Assembly (NCBI GenBank): GCA_964016885.1
Contig: OZ024759.1
Span: 35,278,001 to 35,342,000, forward strand
Length of the DNA: 64,000 nucleotides
Direction: 5' to 3'
Source of the DNA: Eledone cirrhosa
Lineage: Eukaryota
Positions 41,770-54,700 of this stretch are shown piece after piece. The notes beneath the pieces were generated by a model. The model was not told the DNA's origin and did no database searches. It worked only from the letters and a program-made list of their open reading frames with translations. Both the position numbers and the translations under genes were made by a program. How positions within the stretch are numbered: position 1 is the stretch's first letter; every line of letters begins with the position of its first letter.

Positions 41770-42160
41770 TACACCTAGAAAGTTCCTGCCTGAGACACAA
41801 GCCCAGGTAAAGTTGTTCTTGTGGAAGACCAGCAGTCGCCCATGTATTCCAGTCTCTCCTCTTCACGCCACTGATGTTGTCCAAGAGAAAGGCAATGGCC
41901 GATACAGCTTGGCACCAGTGATGTTGCAACTCATATATATAGTATATATATACACTATATATTCTATGTACAGTATATATATACACTATATATCTATGTA
42001 TATACTACATATGATGTTGTCCAAGTGAAAGGCAGATGCCGATACAGCTTGGTACACCAGTGACATCACAACTCATTTCTACAGCTGAGTAAACTGGAGC
42101 AACATGAAATAAAGTGTCTTGCTCAAGGACACAACACACCACCTGGTCTGGGGAATCAAT
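41770..42160 (-). mobile_element. CORE-like SINE (family B) body and tail, interrupted by an AT tract with partial duplication
   Basis: gatgttgtccaag..aaaggca...gccgatacagcttgg occurs twice. Related pieces at ~31195, 34450 and 35225. Confidence 0.65.
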
Positions 42161-42607
42161 CAATGTCATCGTTAGAGTGTGTATTTACAATATTTACATC
42201 TACCCTAGGTCTCCACTGGTTCAAACTTCAACTGTCATCAGCAATGTTCATTCTAAACTGCAATGGGTGAGTGTGGCGGTGGCTGCGCAGCCGGAGTATT
42301 GATGCTATACACAACAAAATGTTGCCGTGTAATAAATAGCAATTCAAAATAGTTTTCCTCAAACCATCAAAAAAAGGGGAAGAATTAGACAAAACGTTGA
42401 GAATCCAACCCATGCAAGAATGGAAACAATAGATGTAAAAAGATGATGATGATGTTGATGATAATGTTGATGATGATGATGCTTGATCACCAAGGGTTTT
42501 ATTATTTCTGGATATGTAGAAAGTCCGAGAGGAGATTTGAACCTTGTTTGTAGATATATTGTAAATATCTCCCTTCAAAGACAAGAGCAACAGTTGGGTG
42601 TATCAAA

Positions 42608-44170
42608 TTAGAAACTGGTTTTTGCATGATGTAAGATATGTTGGAGCAAGACAGCTCTTTTAGTGAACATTTTCACACAGAAGTCACATTTGTAGTAGTT
42701 ATTGATGCTGTGTTTCTTCATGTGTCTTCTTAAAGACTGCTCCGAGACAAACTCACACGAACACACTTGACAAGCATGAAGAGAAATACGGGGATGAGAT
42801 ACCTTGTGGTGATCTAAAACCTCTGCGGAATTAGAAAAACCTTTTGAGCAATGTAGACATGTATATTGTTTGTCGTTGCTTGGATAATAATCTGAGAGGT
42901 CATAGAATTGTTGCAATGAAGACTTCGAGAATAGCTGGTAGTGACAAGAAATTTTCTTTAACCTGACATGGCTTTGAAGGTGTCGTAGGTAAAGCTTTGC
43001 TGTGATGTATGAAGCAGAACAGTAAGGGCAGGTACATTTATGTCTTTCAATTCCGATATGGGACGAATTGAAGTGATTGTTGAGATCTTCTAACGAAGGG
43101 AAGCTTTTGTAGCACACGCTACATTTAAACTTTAACTTTTTGTTAAACTTTCGGATTATTTGATAGAATTTTGGCAAGTCGTTTTCCAGTGGTGTTGACA
43201 CTTCTTCGTCGTCAGTAATTACAATTTTATCGAGAGAGTCCGGTTCGTTAGTGTCTGATTGAATTTGTTCAATTGACATTAACTCGTTGCTATTCTCACA
43301 TGGCTTGGTAGTAACAAGAGATCGTGGGGCTGCTGGACTGCTGTCTAAAGTGTTTTGATTTTTACCAACTTTAACGCGATCGGAATCAAAGTATGTGAGA
43401 GGTAGGGTTTTATGACAGTTACGACAGCCCTGTTTTAAGAGCTTGCTGGCAGAGTCCAGCGAGAGAGATTTGGAAGAATCCTTCTTACAATTCAAACAAA
43501 AGTCATCAACCTTAGCCGAAGATATATCAGTTTCAGAATATTTCTTATTACTCTTTGACTTAACAACGGCCTCAGTTGTTAGATTACATTTATTATCAGC
43601 AAACAACAAAGTTCCGCAGCCTTTGATATGATGAAATAGGTCATTTCTGTGACTGAATTTCGTCCCACAATAACCACAACAGTGTTTCTCCATAATGACC
43701 CCATTGTATAAATAATGAAGGTTTTGCTCATGTTTTGTCAAATCGGTTTGTTCAGCAAACAACTTCGGACAATAACTACAGGAAAGTTTCCCCGTCGCAG
43801 TAACTTTACTTTCATCTCGTTCTTTACTCACAGAATCTCTGGCAATATTAGGAGGGTTTGGTTCGTTGTTGAGGTCACTATCGACACTGGAGGTAGTTTC
43901 ACGGTCAGCTAAATCTTTGATCACTATATTGTGCTTGGTCAGATGTTTGGTCAAGCCATGACGATTGTAAAATATCTTATCACAAATATGACAAACGTGA
44001 AGCAATTTTGGGGGTATTTTCTGTGCATATGTCGAGGTAATTAAAGAATTACTTGGTTGATTGGAAGTTTGATGAACAGTCTCTTTCATTGGACCGAGAT
44101 CAATAAGGATTTCTGTCGTCTCACTTATGACATAATTATGATCCGAAGACATTGTCATCGGATCAAACAT
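42608..44170 (-). CDS. C2H2 zinc-finger protein (~520 aa, ~8 fingers, single coding exon)
   Basis: Fingers: CHICDKIF..HLTKH, CSYCPKLF..HEQNLH, CGYCGTKF..HIKGC (C2HC), CSVCYKSF..HFNSSH, CPYC..HLQSH, CLHCSKGF..HHKVSH, CQVC..HMKKH, CDFC..HILHH. First ATG at 44170; the track start at 44188 is TTG. Confidence 0.92.
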   Translation of the reverse strand: MFDPMTMSSDHNYVISETTEILIDLGPMKETVHQTSNQPSNSLITSTYAQKIPPKLLHVCHICDKIFYNRHGLTKHLTKHNIVIKDLADRETTSSVDSDLNNEPNPPNIARDSVSKERDESKVTATGKLSCSYCPKLFAEQTDLTKHEQNLHYLYNGVIMEKHCCGYCGTKFSHRNDLFHHIKGCGTLLFADNKCNLTTEAVVKSKSNKKYSETDISSAKVDDFCLNCKKDSSKSLSLDSASKLLKQGCRNCHKTLPLTYFDSDRVKVGKNQNTLDSSPAAPRSLVTTKPCENSNELMSIEQIQSDTNEPDSLDKIVITDDEEVSTPLENDLPKFYQIIRKFNKKLKFKCSVCYKSFPSLEDLNNHFNSSHIGIERHKCTCPYCSASYITAKLYLRHLQSHVRLKKISCHYQLFSKSSLQQFYDLSDYYPSNDKQYTCLHCSKGFSNSAEVLDHHKVSHPRISLHACQVCSCEFVSEQSLRRHMKKHSINNYYKCDFCVKMFTKRAVLLQHILHHAKTSF

Positions 44171-44287
44171 TTGATTTATTTCAAACAATCAGTGATTCTT
44201 GCAACGTTAATTACAAGTTGCTAACGATACTAATTAATTAATTAATTACTAAATGACAGCATATTTGACAGCAGCAGCAGTACTCAC

Positions 44288-44443
44288 CGGAATTGTTTCA
44301 TGGTTGAAGAACTAGGAGACAATGGTAGGAGAAGATTGGATTAAACTATATCCATGTGGTGTCTTATACAACTCTGTTCCATTCAGGAATGGCAGACTCA
44401 GCACCGTTTCCTTCAGTCTTCATTGGTCAAAATCAATTAACAG
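44288..44443 (-). other. Probable 5'UTR exon of the zinc-finger gene
   Basis: Acceptor ttttgtttattttcag| and donor CCG|gtgagta. Stops in all three frames; contains a short uORF. Confidence 0.45.
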
Positions 44444-44492
44444 CTGAAAATAAACAAAATATTAATTAATTTCAAACAACACATCAACTGTT

Positions 44493-44721
44493 TTAATCCT
44501 TTACCCTCTACATTACTCTATAGTTACTATTGTATTTTCATGGTAAAGGCTTTAGCTTACATAATTATCTCAAATAATATTGAATCTATGAGATTTTGAT
44601 ATTATTTATTTTGAGAAGATTACCTTAACATAAGTATGAGAGGCTGGTTATGGCCAGTTTGAACAGAAAGAGGTGAGAGAATTCTGGCCGGATACAACCA
44701 GTTTAAATGCTAAAGGGTGAA
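44493..44721 (-). mobile_element. piggyBac-type MITE
   Basis: Homologous to the 34562 copy; ends aaatgctaaaggg-tgaa. Confidence 0.75.
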
Positions 44722-45314
44722 GGCTGTTTTTCATTGCTTAACTCTCAACCTGTACCTGACCTGTTCTCGGTGTGGTTGTGCTCACCTGCAGGGAGTTGAG
44801 TCAGTTCCATTGAAGAAACTCATGGTGCCCCTCACAAATTCAGACCATTCATGACAGTTGGAGGCAATTGAATTGGTTAGGGTCAAACAATCATGATTCC
44901 AACAGTGGGGACTGAACACAGGAGAGAGAGAGAAAGGGACAGGCTACAATTAGCAGGAGAGAGAGAGTGAGAGTGAGATGGGGGGGGGGGGGGGCTACAT
45001 AGAACAAGAGAGAGGGACAGGCAACAATTAACAGGAGAGAGGGAGAGAGAGAGAGAGAGGCTACTGTTAGCAGGGGAGAGAGAGAGAGACAGGTTACTAT
45101 TAGCAGGGGAGAGAGAGAGAGAGACAGGTTACTATTAGCAGAAGAGAGAGATAGAGAGACAAGCTACTATTAGCAGAAGAGAGAGAGAGAGATAGGCGGG
45201 GGATGGGCTATAAGAAAAGATATCGAAAATGCAACTGTTCCAGTTGCATTTTCGATTTCTTTTCTTATACTTTCAACAGTGAAGGACATCTCGTTTTTTT
45301 CCCCTATATATATA

Positions 45315-45398
<84 letters not shown>

Positions 45399-45656
45399 TA
45401 TATATAATTTAATATAGAAATGGCTTCTACAGGACTAGAATGTCAACAAACAACACTCGATGTTATTTAGCCAACATTTTATCACAAAAGTTATTATTTA
45501 CGAAGAGACAAACATACTTTTAAAGTTTATTTTACCGCTGCCGTAAATATAAATAGGTTTGGGGTTAGGTTAGGGTCAGGGATTGTCTAAATAATTGGTG
45601 GTGAAAATAAACAAACTTCTGTGTTGCTATTTTTAACATTACCTGCCTTCATAATA

Positions 45657-45815
45657 ATGGTTTCTGATTTAGGCACAACGTCAGCAATTTCGGAGAGGGG
45701 GGGGGGGAGTCGTTTAAATCGACCCCAGTGCATTACTGATACTTTATTTTATTGACCTCGTAAGGATGAAAGGTAAAGCTAACCTCGGCGGGATTTGAAC
45801 TCAGAACGTAAAGCA
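45657..45815 (-). mobile_element. tRNA-derived SINE (family A), 5'-truncated
   Basis: B box, central block and tail are present. Confidence 0.7.
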
Positions 45816-45990
45816 TAAGGTGTGACGATGCTAATCTGACATTGTGTTCGGACTGTGACTGAAAACCAGGAATTGAGTAAACCAAGAATTAACTTTAGAA
45901 TTAATCTAAGTGAGATCTTTAAAAATAAATAAAATCAGCAGCCTGTGAAGAATACCTTCGTTCTGTAAGAATTATATATATATATATCTT

Positions 45991-46026
45991 TCTTCTGATG
46001 AAGGACTAGCATCCGAAACATTAAGA
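45991..46026 (+). ncRNA. Minimal hammerhead motif (Penelope-type), one core-adjacent mutation
   Basis: UCUU-CUGAUGA-aGGA cuagca UCC-GAAAC(A)UU|AAGA. Stem I is 4 bp; palindromic ACGU appears changed to ACAU. Confidence 0.5.
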
Positions 46027-46111
46027 CCCTCTTCCTGCTATTTCAAGCGTTAACCTAATATATTCCTTCCATATATTGTACTGATTGTGTTGTTATTTCT
46101 GTTTACCTTTT

Positions 46112-46162
<51 letters not shown>

Positions 46163-46265
46163 CCAACACAAGAGCAAGAATGAAGGGTTCATTCGACTGA
46201 CATTGCTTTAAAAATGAGGCTTGTTTGTATAATTGCAAACGAATCGAATGTTATTATTAATATTA

Positions 46266-46456
46266 AGGGCGGTGGATTGGCAGTATCAGTAGAGAGTCGG
46301 ACGCCATGCTTTCGAGCATAGTTACGTCCCTTTACGATCTGAGTTCAAATCCCGCCGAGGTTTACTTTGCCTTTCATCCTTACGGGGTCGATTAAATAAA
46401 GTACCAGTAATACACTGGTTTATTGCTGGCCTTGTGCCAAAAGTATAAACAATTAT
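46266..46456 (+). mobile_element. tRNA-derived SINE (family A), full length
   Basis: A box tggcagtatcag, B box gagttcaaatc, conserved tail. Confidence 0.85.
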
Positions 46457-47894
46457 TAATATTCGAAAAACTCAGATTACATACATACATATATATATAT
46501 ATATGTAATCATTCTCGCAAGCTCTGATGAATTGACTGGTTATAACTATGTATTGGTGATCGATTGACGGAAGAAACAGGCGGGTAGCGATCGCTAGACC
46601 TACCAGTTCGGAGAAACAATTGTCAGCAATGTGATTAAAGCCCTTATTGTATAGCAAGCCGTGTCACTCTTCTTTCTTGATTTATATATATATATAACAC
46701 AGTGTCCCCCAAAAATGTATGCACACTTTGATTACCTGTACAAGTAATATTTATGAGGTCTTCGTTTCAGTTCTCTACTCTCTCAGTTCAAATCCCACCG
46801 AGGTCAACTTTACCTTTCATCTATTCGAGGTTGATAAAGTACCAGTATTAGACTGGGGTCGATTCTACCCCTATACCCCTTTCTCACTTCCATTCTCTCA
46901 CTCTTTCTCTATCCTTCTCTGGAAGAAATCTGTTGTATTCAGTCCAGACCAGACATCGAGAGATAGGTGGGCTAGAAACACCATATGTATATACGGCGCT
47001 CCTACGACTATCGAGGGAGTTAAGGGGTCATGCTTGCAGGTCATCCTGTCCGCCGGAACCACGAGGTGAATGATTCTTAACCTGACTAAAACTCCCATCG
47101 TTCTCTGAAGATGTTAAGACTCGTTACTTAGTTAATCATTAATCGATTGATTAATTAATACATTTATTGATAATCTAACGAACCATCGAGGGGGGCGGGA
47201 GGGGGTCGTCTCTCTATGTGGTTACTTCATTGGCTAGAAATAGCAGCCAAATCTCATTAAAGTCATAAAATCCTGCCATCCATCATAAATTTTTTCAAGA
47301 ACCTTGTTAAGTTATGTTCCAAATACCAGCTTAATAAAGAGTTAGTTAATTATATTACTAAATCTATTCACAATCTTTAATATTTTCAAAATTATTTGAA
47401 AACCAACAGACAGTGTCTTTCATTAGAAAAACGGTAAAGAAAGAACTCACAATATTTCAGCATTGGCTTTCATGTAACGAAATGAATGATAAAAATACTA
47501 TTTTTTTTTATGTGAATGTACAAAACATGTGACATTTAAAATATATTTTATAAATATTTTGATAGAAAAGAGAGAATGCGTAACAGCGGCAAATATTTTT
47601 TAAAAAATTGCTACAAAGTAATGAGAAATCCTAGGTTGTCCGTTAGTTTCATTCTGGACAGGGAATCCCTCTAAGAATGGATTTCTAATTAAATTAAAAC
47701 GATTTAATTATCCAACAATAACGAACGACATTTATAAATGGAGAAACTATTTACTTACATTTACAAATCTCGTTCCGACATTGAACCGGTGTCACGTCAG
47801 AAATTGTTCCTTGTGTAAAAAAAGTGTTCTCTAATTACTTCCCTCTAAACGTGTTTTTTTTCTTTTTTTTTCCTTTTCTTTTTCTTTTTCTTTT

Positions 47895-50800
47895 TCTTCT
47901 TCTTCTTCTTGAGAGGGTCGTGGAGTCAGAGACCTCAAACACTCCCTTCCAGTAGGTCCTGTCAGAAGCAACCATCTCCAACTGATCCGACTGGATCCCC
48001 AAGCAAGACCAAGCTCAGGGATGTTATCCAACCATCTTGTTCGGGGTTTACCCCTGGATATCTGCCGATTTGTTTTGCCCGTAAAATCTGTCCAGCAATT
48101 CTTTCCTGAGACATTCTAACCACATGTCCTCCATAGTATCAGAGCTGTGATCTCTCAATTCTGTCCAGCAATTCTTTCCTGAGACATTCTAACCACATGT
48201 CCTCCATAGTATCAGAGCTGTGATCTCTCAATTCTGTCCAGCAATTCTTTCCTGAGACATTCTAACCACATGTCCTCCATAGTATCAGAGCTGTGATCTC
48301 TCAATTCTGTCCAGCAATTCTTTCCTGAGACATTCTAACCACATGTCCTCCATAGTATCAGAGTTGTGATCTCTCAATTCTGTCCTGAGACATTCTAACC
48401 ACATGTCCTCCATAGTATCAGAGCTGTGATCTCTCAATTCTGTCCAGTAATTCTTTCCTGAGACATTCTAACCACATGTCCTCCATAGTATCAGAGCTGT
48501 GATCTCTCAATTCTGTCCAGTGATTCTTTCCTGAGACATTCTAACCACATGTCCTCCATAGTATCAGAGCTGTGATCTCTCAATTCTGTCCTGAGACATT
48601 CTAACCACATGTCCTCCATAGTATCAGAGTTGTGATCTCTCAATTCTGTCCTGAGACATTCTAACCACATGTCCTCCATAGTATCAGAGCTGTGATCTCT
48701 CAATTCTGTCCAGTAATTCTTTCCTGAGACATTCTAACCACATGTCCTCCATAGTATCAGAGCTGTGATCTCTCAATTCTGTCCAGCAATTCTTTCCTGA
48801 GACATTCTAACCACATGTCCTCCATAGTATCAGAGCTGTGATCTCTCAATTCTGTCCAGCAATTCTTTCCTGAGACATTCTAACCACATGTCCTCCATAG
48901 TATCAGAGCTGTGATCTCTCAATTCTGTCCTGAGACATTCTAACCACATGTCCTCCATAGTATCAGAGCTGTGATCTCTCAATTCTGTCCAGCAATTCTT
49001 TCCTGAGACATTCTAACCACATGTCTATAGTATCAGAGCTGTGATCTCTCAATTCTGTCCAGCAATTCTTTCCTGAGACATTCTAACCACATGTCCTCCA
49101 TAGTATCAGAGTTGTGATCTCTCAATTCTGTCCAGCAATTCTTTCCTGAGACATTCTAACCACATGTCCTCCATAGTATCAGAGCTGTGATCTCTCAATT
49201 CTGTCCAGCAATTCTTTCCTGAGACATTCTAACCACATGTCCTCCATAGTATCAGAGTTGTGATCTCTCAATTCTGTCCAGCAATTCTTTCCTGAGACAT
49301 TCTAACCACATGTCCTCCATAGTATCAGAGCCGTGATCTCTCAATTCTGTCCAGCAATTCTTTCCTGAGACATTCTAACCACATGTCCTCCATAGTATCA
49401 GAGCTGTGATCTCTCAATTCTGTCCTGAGACATTCTAACCACATGTCCTCCATAGTATCAGAGTTGTGATCTCTCAATTCTGTCCAGCAATTCTTTCCTG
49501 AGACATTCTAACCACATGTCCTCCATAGTATCAGAGCTGTGATCTCTCAATTCTGTCCAGCAATTCTTTCCTGAGACATTCTAACCACATGTCCTCCATA
49601 GTATCAGAGTTGTGATCTCTCAATTCTGTCCAGCAATTCTTTCCTGAGACATTCTAACCACATGTCCTCCATAGTATCAGAGCTGTGATCTCTCAATTCT
49701 GTCCTGAGACATTCTAACCACATGTCCTCCATAGTATCAGAGTTGTGATCTCTCAATTCTGTCCAGCAATTCTTTCCTGAGACATTCTAACCACATGTCC
49801 TCCATAGTATCAGAGCTGTGATCTCTCAATTCTGTCCAGCAATTCTTTCCTGAGACATTCTAACCACATGTCCTCCATAGTATCAGAGTTGTGATCTCTC
49901 AATTCTGTCCAGCAATTCTTTCCTGAGACATTCTAACCACATGTCCTCCATAGTATCAGAGCTGTGATCTCTCAATTCTGTCCAGCAATTCTTTCCTGAG
50001 ACATTCTAACCACATGTCCTCCATAGTATCAGAGCTGTGATCTCTCAATTCTGTCCTGAGACATTCTAACCACATGTCCTCCATAGTATCAGAGTTGTGA
50101 TCTCTCAATTCTGTCCAGCAATTCTTTCCTGAGACATTCTAACCACATGTCCTCCATAGTATCAGAGCTGTGATCTCTCAATTCTGTCCAGCAATTCTTT
50201 CCTGAGACATTCTAACCACATGTCCTCCATAGTATCAGAGTTGTGATCTCTCAATTCTGTCCAGCAATTCTTTCCTGAGACATTCTAACCACATGTCCTC
50301 CATAGTATCAGAGCTGTGATCTCTCAATTCTGTCCAGCAATTCTTTCCTGAGACATTCTAACCACATGTCCTCCATAGTATCAGAGCTGTGATCTCTCAA
50401 TTCTGTCCTGAGACATTCTAACCACATGTCCTCCATAGTATCAGAGCTGTGATCTCTCAATTCTGTCCAGTGATTCTTTCCTGAGACATTCTAACCACAT
50501 GTCCTCCATAGTATCAGAGCTGTGATCTCTCAATTCTGTCCAGTGATTCTTTCCTGAGACATTCTAACCACATGTCCTCCATAGTATCAGAGCTGTGATC
50601 TCTCAATTCTGTCCAGCAATTCTTTCCTGAGACATTCTAACCACATGTCCTCCATAGTATCAGAGTTGTGATCTCTCAATTCTGTCCTGAGACATTCTAA
50701 CCACATGTCCTCCATAGTATCAGAGCTGTGATCTCTCAATTCTGTCCAGCAATTCTTTCCTGAGACATTCTAACCACATGTCCTCCATAGTATCAGAGCT

Positions 50801-53800
50801 GTGATCTCTCAATTCTGTCCAGTGATTCTTTCCTGAGACATTCTAACCACATGTCCTCCATAGTATCAGAGCTGTGATCTCTCAATTCTGTCCAGTGATT
50901 CTTTCCTGAGACATTCTAACCACATGTCCTCCATAGTATCAGAGCTGTGATCTCTCAATTCTGTCCAGCGATCCTTTCCTGAGACATTCTAACCACATGT
51001 CTATAGTATCAGAGCTGTGATCTCTCAATTCTGTCCAGCGATTCTTTCCTGAGACATTCTAACCACATGTCCTCCATAGTATCAGAGTTGTGATCTCTCA
51101 ATTCTGTCCAGCGATTCTTTCCTGAGACATTCTAACCACATGTCCTCCATAGTATCAGAGCTGTGACCTCTCAATTCTGTCCAGTGATTCTTTCCTGAGA
51201 CATTCTAACCACATGTCCTCCATAGTATCAGAGCTGTGATCTCTGAATTCTGTCCAGCAATTCTTTCCTGAGACATTCTAACCACATGTCCTCCATAGTA
51301 TCAGAGTTGTGATCTCTCAATTCTGTCCTGAGACATTCTAACCACATGTCCTCCATAGCATCAGAGCTGTGATCTCTCAATTCTGTCCAGTGATTCTTTC
51401 CTGAGACATTCTAACCACATGTCCTCCATAGTATCAGAGCTGTGATCTCTCAATTCTGTCCAGTGATTCTTTCCTGAGACATTCTAACCACATGTCCTCC
51501 ATAGTATCAGAGCTGTGATCTCTCAATTCTGTCCAGCGATTCTTTCCTGAGACATTCTAACCACATGTCCTCCATAGTATCAGAGTTGTGATCTCTCAAT
51601 TCTGTCCAGCGATTCTTTCCTGAGACATTCTAACCACATGTCCTCCATAGTATCAGAGCTGTGACCTCTCAATTCTGTCCAGTGATTCTTTCCTGAGACA
51701 TTCTAACCACATGTCCTCCATAGTATCAGAGTTGTGATCTCTCAATTCTGTCCAGCAATTCTTTCCTGAGACATTCTAACCACATGTCCTCCATAGTATC
51801 AGAGTTGTGATCTCTCAATTCTGTCCTGAGACATTCTAACCACATGTCCTCCATAGTATCAGAGCTGTGATCTCTCAATTCTGTCCAGTGATTCTTTCCT
51901 GAGACATTCTAACCACATGTCCTCCATAGTATCAGAGCTGTGATCTCTCAATTCTGTCCAGCAATTCTTTCCTGAGGCATTCTAACCACATGTCCTCCAT
52001 AGTATCAGAGTTGTGATCTCTCAATTCTGTCCAGCGATTCTTTCCTGAGACATTCTAACCACATGTCCTCCATAGTATCAGAGCTGTGACCTCTCAATTC
52101 TGTCCAGTGATTCTTTCCTGAGACATTCTAACCACATGTCCTCCATAGTATCAGAGCTGTGACCTCTCAATTCTGTCCAGTGATTCTTTCCTGAGACATT
52201 CTAACCACATGTCCTCCATAGTATCAGAGTTGTGATCTCTCAATTCTGTCCAGTGATTCTTTCCTGAGACATTCTAACCACATGTCCTCCATAGTATCAG
52301 AGCTGTGACCTCTCAATTCTGTCCAGTGATTCTTTCCTGAGACATTCTAACCACATCTCCTCCATAGTATCAGAGCTGTGATCTCTCAATTCTGTCCAGT
52401 GATTCTTTCCTGATACATTCTAACCACATGTCCTCCATAATATCAGAGCTGTGATCTCTCAATTCTGTCCAGTGATTCTTTCCTGATACATTCTAACCAC
52501 ATGTCCTCCATAGTATCAGAGCTGTGATCTCTCAATTCTGTCCAGTGATTCTTTCCTGATACATTATAACCACATGTCCTCCATAGTATCAGAGCTGTGA
52601 TCTCTCAATTCTGTCCAGTGATTCTTTCCTGATACATTATAACCACATGTCCTCCATAGTATCAGAGCTGTGATCTCTCAATTCTGTCCAGTGATTCTTT
52701 CCTGATACATTCTAACCACATGTCCTCCATAGTATCAGAGCTGTGATCTCTCAATTCTGTCCAGTGATTCTTTCCTGATACATTATAACCACATGTCCTC
52801 CATAGTATCAGAGCTGTGATCTCTCAATTCTGTCCAGTGATTCTTTCCTGATACATTCTAACCACATGTCCTCCATAGTATCAGAGCTGTGATCTCTCAA
52901 TTCTGTCCAGTGATTCTTTCCTGATACATTATAACCACATGTCCTCCATAGTATCAGAGCTGTGATCTCTCAATTCTGTCCAGTGATTCTTTCCTGATAC
53001 ATTATAACCACATGTCCTCCATAGTATCAGAGCTGTGATCTCTCAATTCTGTCCAGTGATTCTTTCCTGATACATTATAACCACATGTCCTCCATAGTAT
53101 CAGAGCTGTGATCTCTCAATTCTGTCCAGTGATTCTTTCCTGATACATTCTAACCACATGTCCTCCATAGTATCAGAGCTGTGATCTCTCAATTCTGTCC
53201 AGTGATTCTTTCCTGATACATTATAACCACATGTCCTCCATAGTATCAGAGCTGTGATCTCTCAATTCTGTCCAGTGATTCTTTCCTGATACATTCTAAC
53301 CACATGTCCTCCATAGTATCAGAGCTGTGATCTCTCAATTCTGTCCAGTGATTCTTTCCTGATACATTCTAACCACATGTCCTCCATAGTATCAGAGCTG
53401 TGATCTCTCAATTCTGTCCAGTGATTCTTTCCTGATACATTATAACCACATGTCCTCCATAGTATCAGAGCTGTGATCTCTCAATTCTGTCCAGTGATTC
53501 TTTCCTGATACATTATAACCACATGTCCTCCATAGTATCAGAGCTGTGATCTCTCAATTCTGTCCAGTGATTCTTTCCTGATACATTATAACCACATGTC
53601 CTCCATAGTATCAGAGCTGTGATCTCTCAATTCTGTCCAGTGATTCTTTCCTGATACATTCTAACCACATGTCCTCCATAATATCAGAGCTGTGATCTCT
53701 CAATTCAGAGAAGTAGCAGCTCCACCTGAAGTAACTATCTGATCTCCAAGCTACACTCTATCGAGTAACATTACTCCAAAGACCCTTTGGAAGAACCCTA

Positions 53801-53950
53801 TTTCAGGTGCTTGTATACGTGATCATATTCTTTCGGTCATTCCCCAAGATTCATAACCATAGGTAAGGGTTGGCACGGAAACCAAATTGAAGATAGTGAG
53901 TTTGTCTTTTACACCTACCTCACTTCGGATAAATGCTGCTAAATCGAAAC
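47895..53950 (-). mobile_element. 5'-truncated Rex3/Expander-like RTE LINE containing a 5.6-kb internal tandem array
   Basis: Minus translation across frameshifts: VPTLTYGYESWGMTERI*SRIQAPEIGFFQRVFGV...IERSQL*YYG.HVVRMSQERIAGQILRAK...RTRWLDNI. (GAA)n tail. Confidence 0.8.
48088..53706. repeat. 63-bp tandem array (with 51-bp deletion variants), ~90 copies
   Basis: Same unit as 2369-3630 plus 3 bp (gtcctccatag). Confidence 0.97.
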
Positions 53951-54208
53951 CATTCAATGTGGGAGTGGAACTCTTGCCAAGGGTGTGTGCTGTCACCTCT
54001 TTTGTTCACTCAACAATCAACACAGAATATGTGTAACTCCGAGATTCAGAGTGGAGGTTTGAGTGTGAGTTTGCTGGTCTTGTGCCTAAACTAGGAATCA
54101 AAGTATATTTACCGAAATTAATATTTAATGTGATGCAGCCACAGTGTTGTTTCATAATTTTAAAGAACGTTTTGTTAATGTCGTTTCATCAGTCATGGTG
54201 TTGTTTTA

Positions 54209-54470
54209 TACTCTCGGGTCTCGAATAATCGTGCCCAGCCCCCAATTATTAAATTTTACTAATCTATCTCTGGTGAAATTAATTTTCTTTAGACAAAAAA
54301 AAAAAAAGTACATTACTAGAAATCCCATGTTATAAAATAAATAGGATGGGTTGGGGTCTCAATATGTAAACTAAACGACTAATTCTGGTTTTTAATAAAA
54401 AAAAATAATCAACGGAGACAACCTAGAAAAATTACCAACTCCTCTCCTATTATTTGGGATCCGAGGGTGA
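54209..54470. mobile_element. Probable Tigger/pogo-like MITE
   Basis: Imperfect TIRs actctcgggtctcgaataat / attatttgggatccgagggt. Confidence 0.4.
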
Positions 54471-54478
54471 TTTAGTAT

Positions 54479-54700
54479 TGGTTTCTGATTTAGGCACATG
54501 ACGAACAATTTTGGGGAGAGGGGAAAGTCGATTAAATCGACCCCAGTGTGTGTGACTGGTACTTTATTTTATCGACCCCGTAAGGATGAAAAGTAAAGTT
54601 AACCTCAGTGAGATTTGAACTCAGATCGTAAAGGGATGTAATTCTATGCCACAAAGCATGTTATCCGACGGTCTACCGATCATTGCTAACCCACCACCCT
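54479..54700 (-). mobile_element. tRNA-derived SINE (family A variant)
   Basis: Homologous to 35615-35833. Confidence 0.75.
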
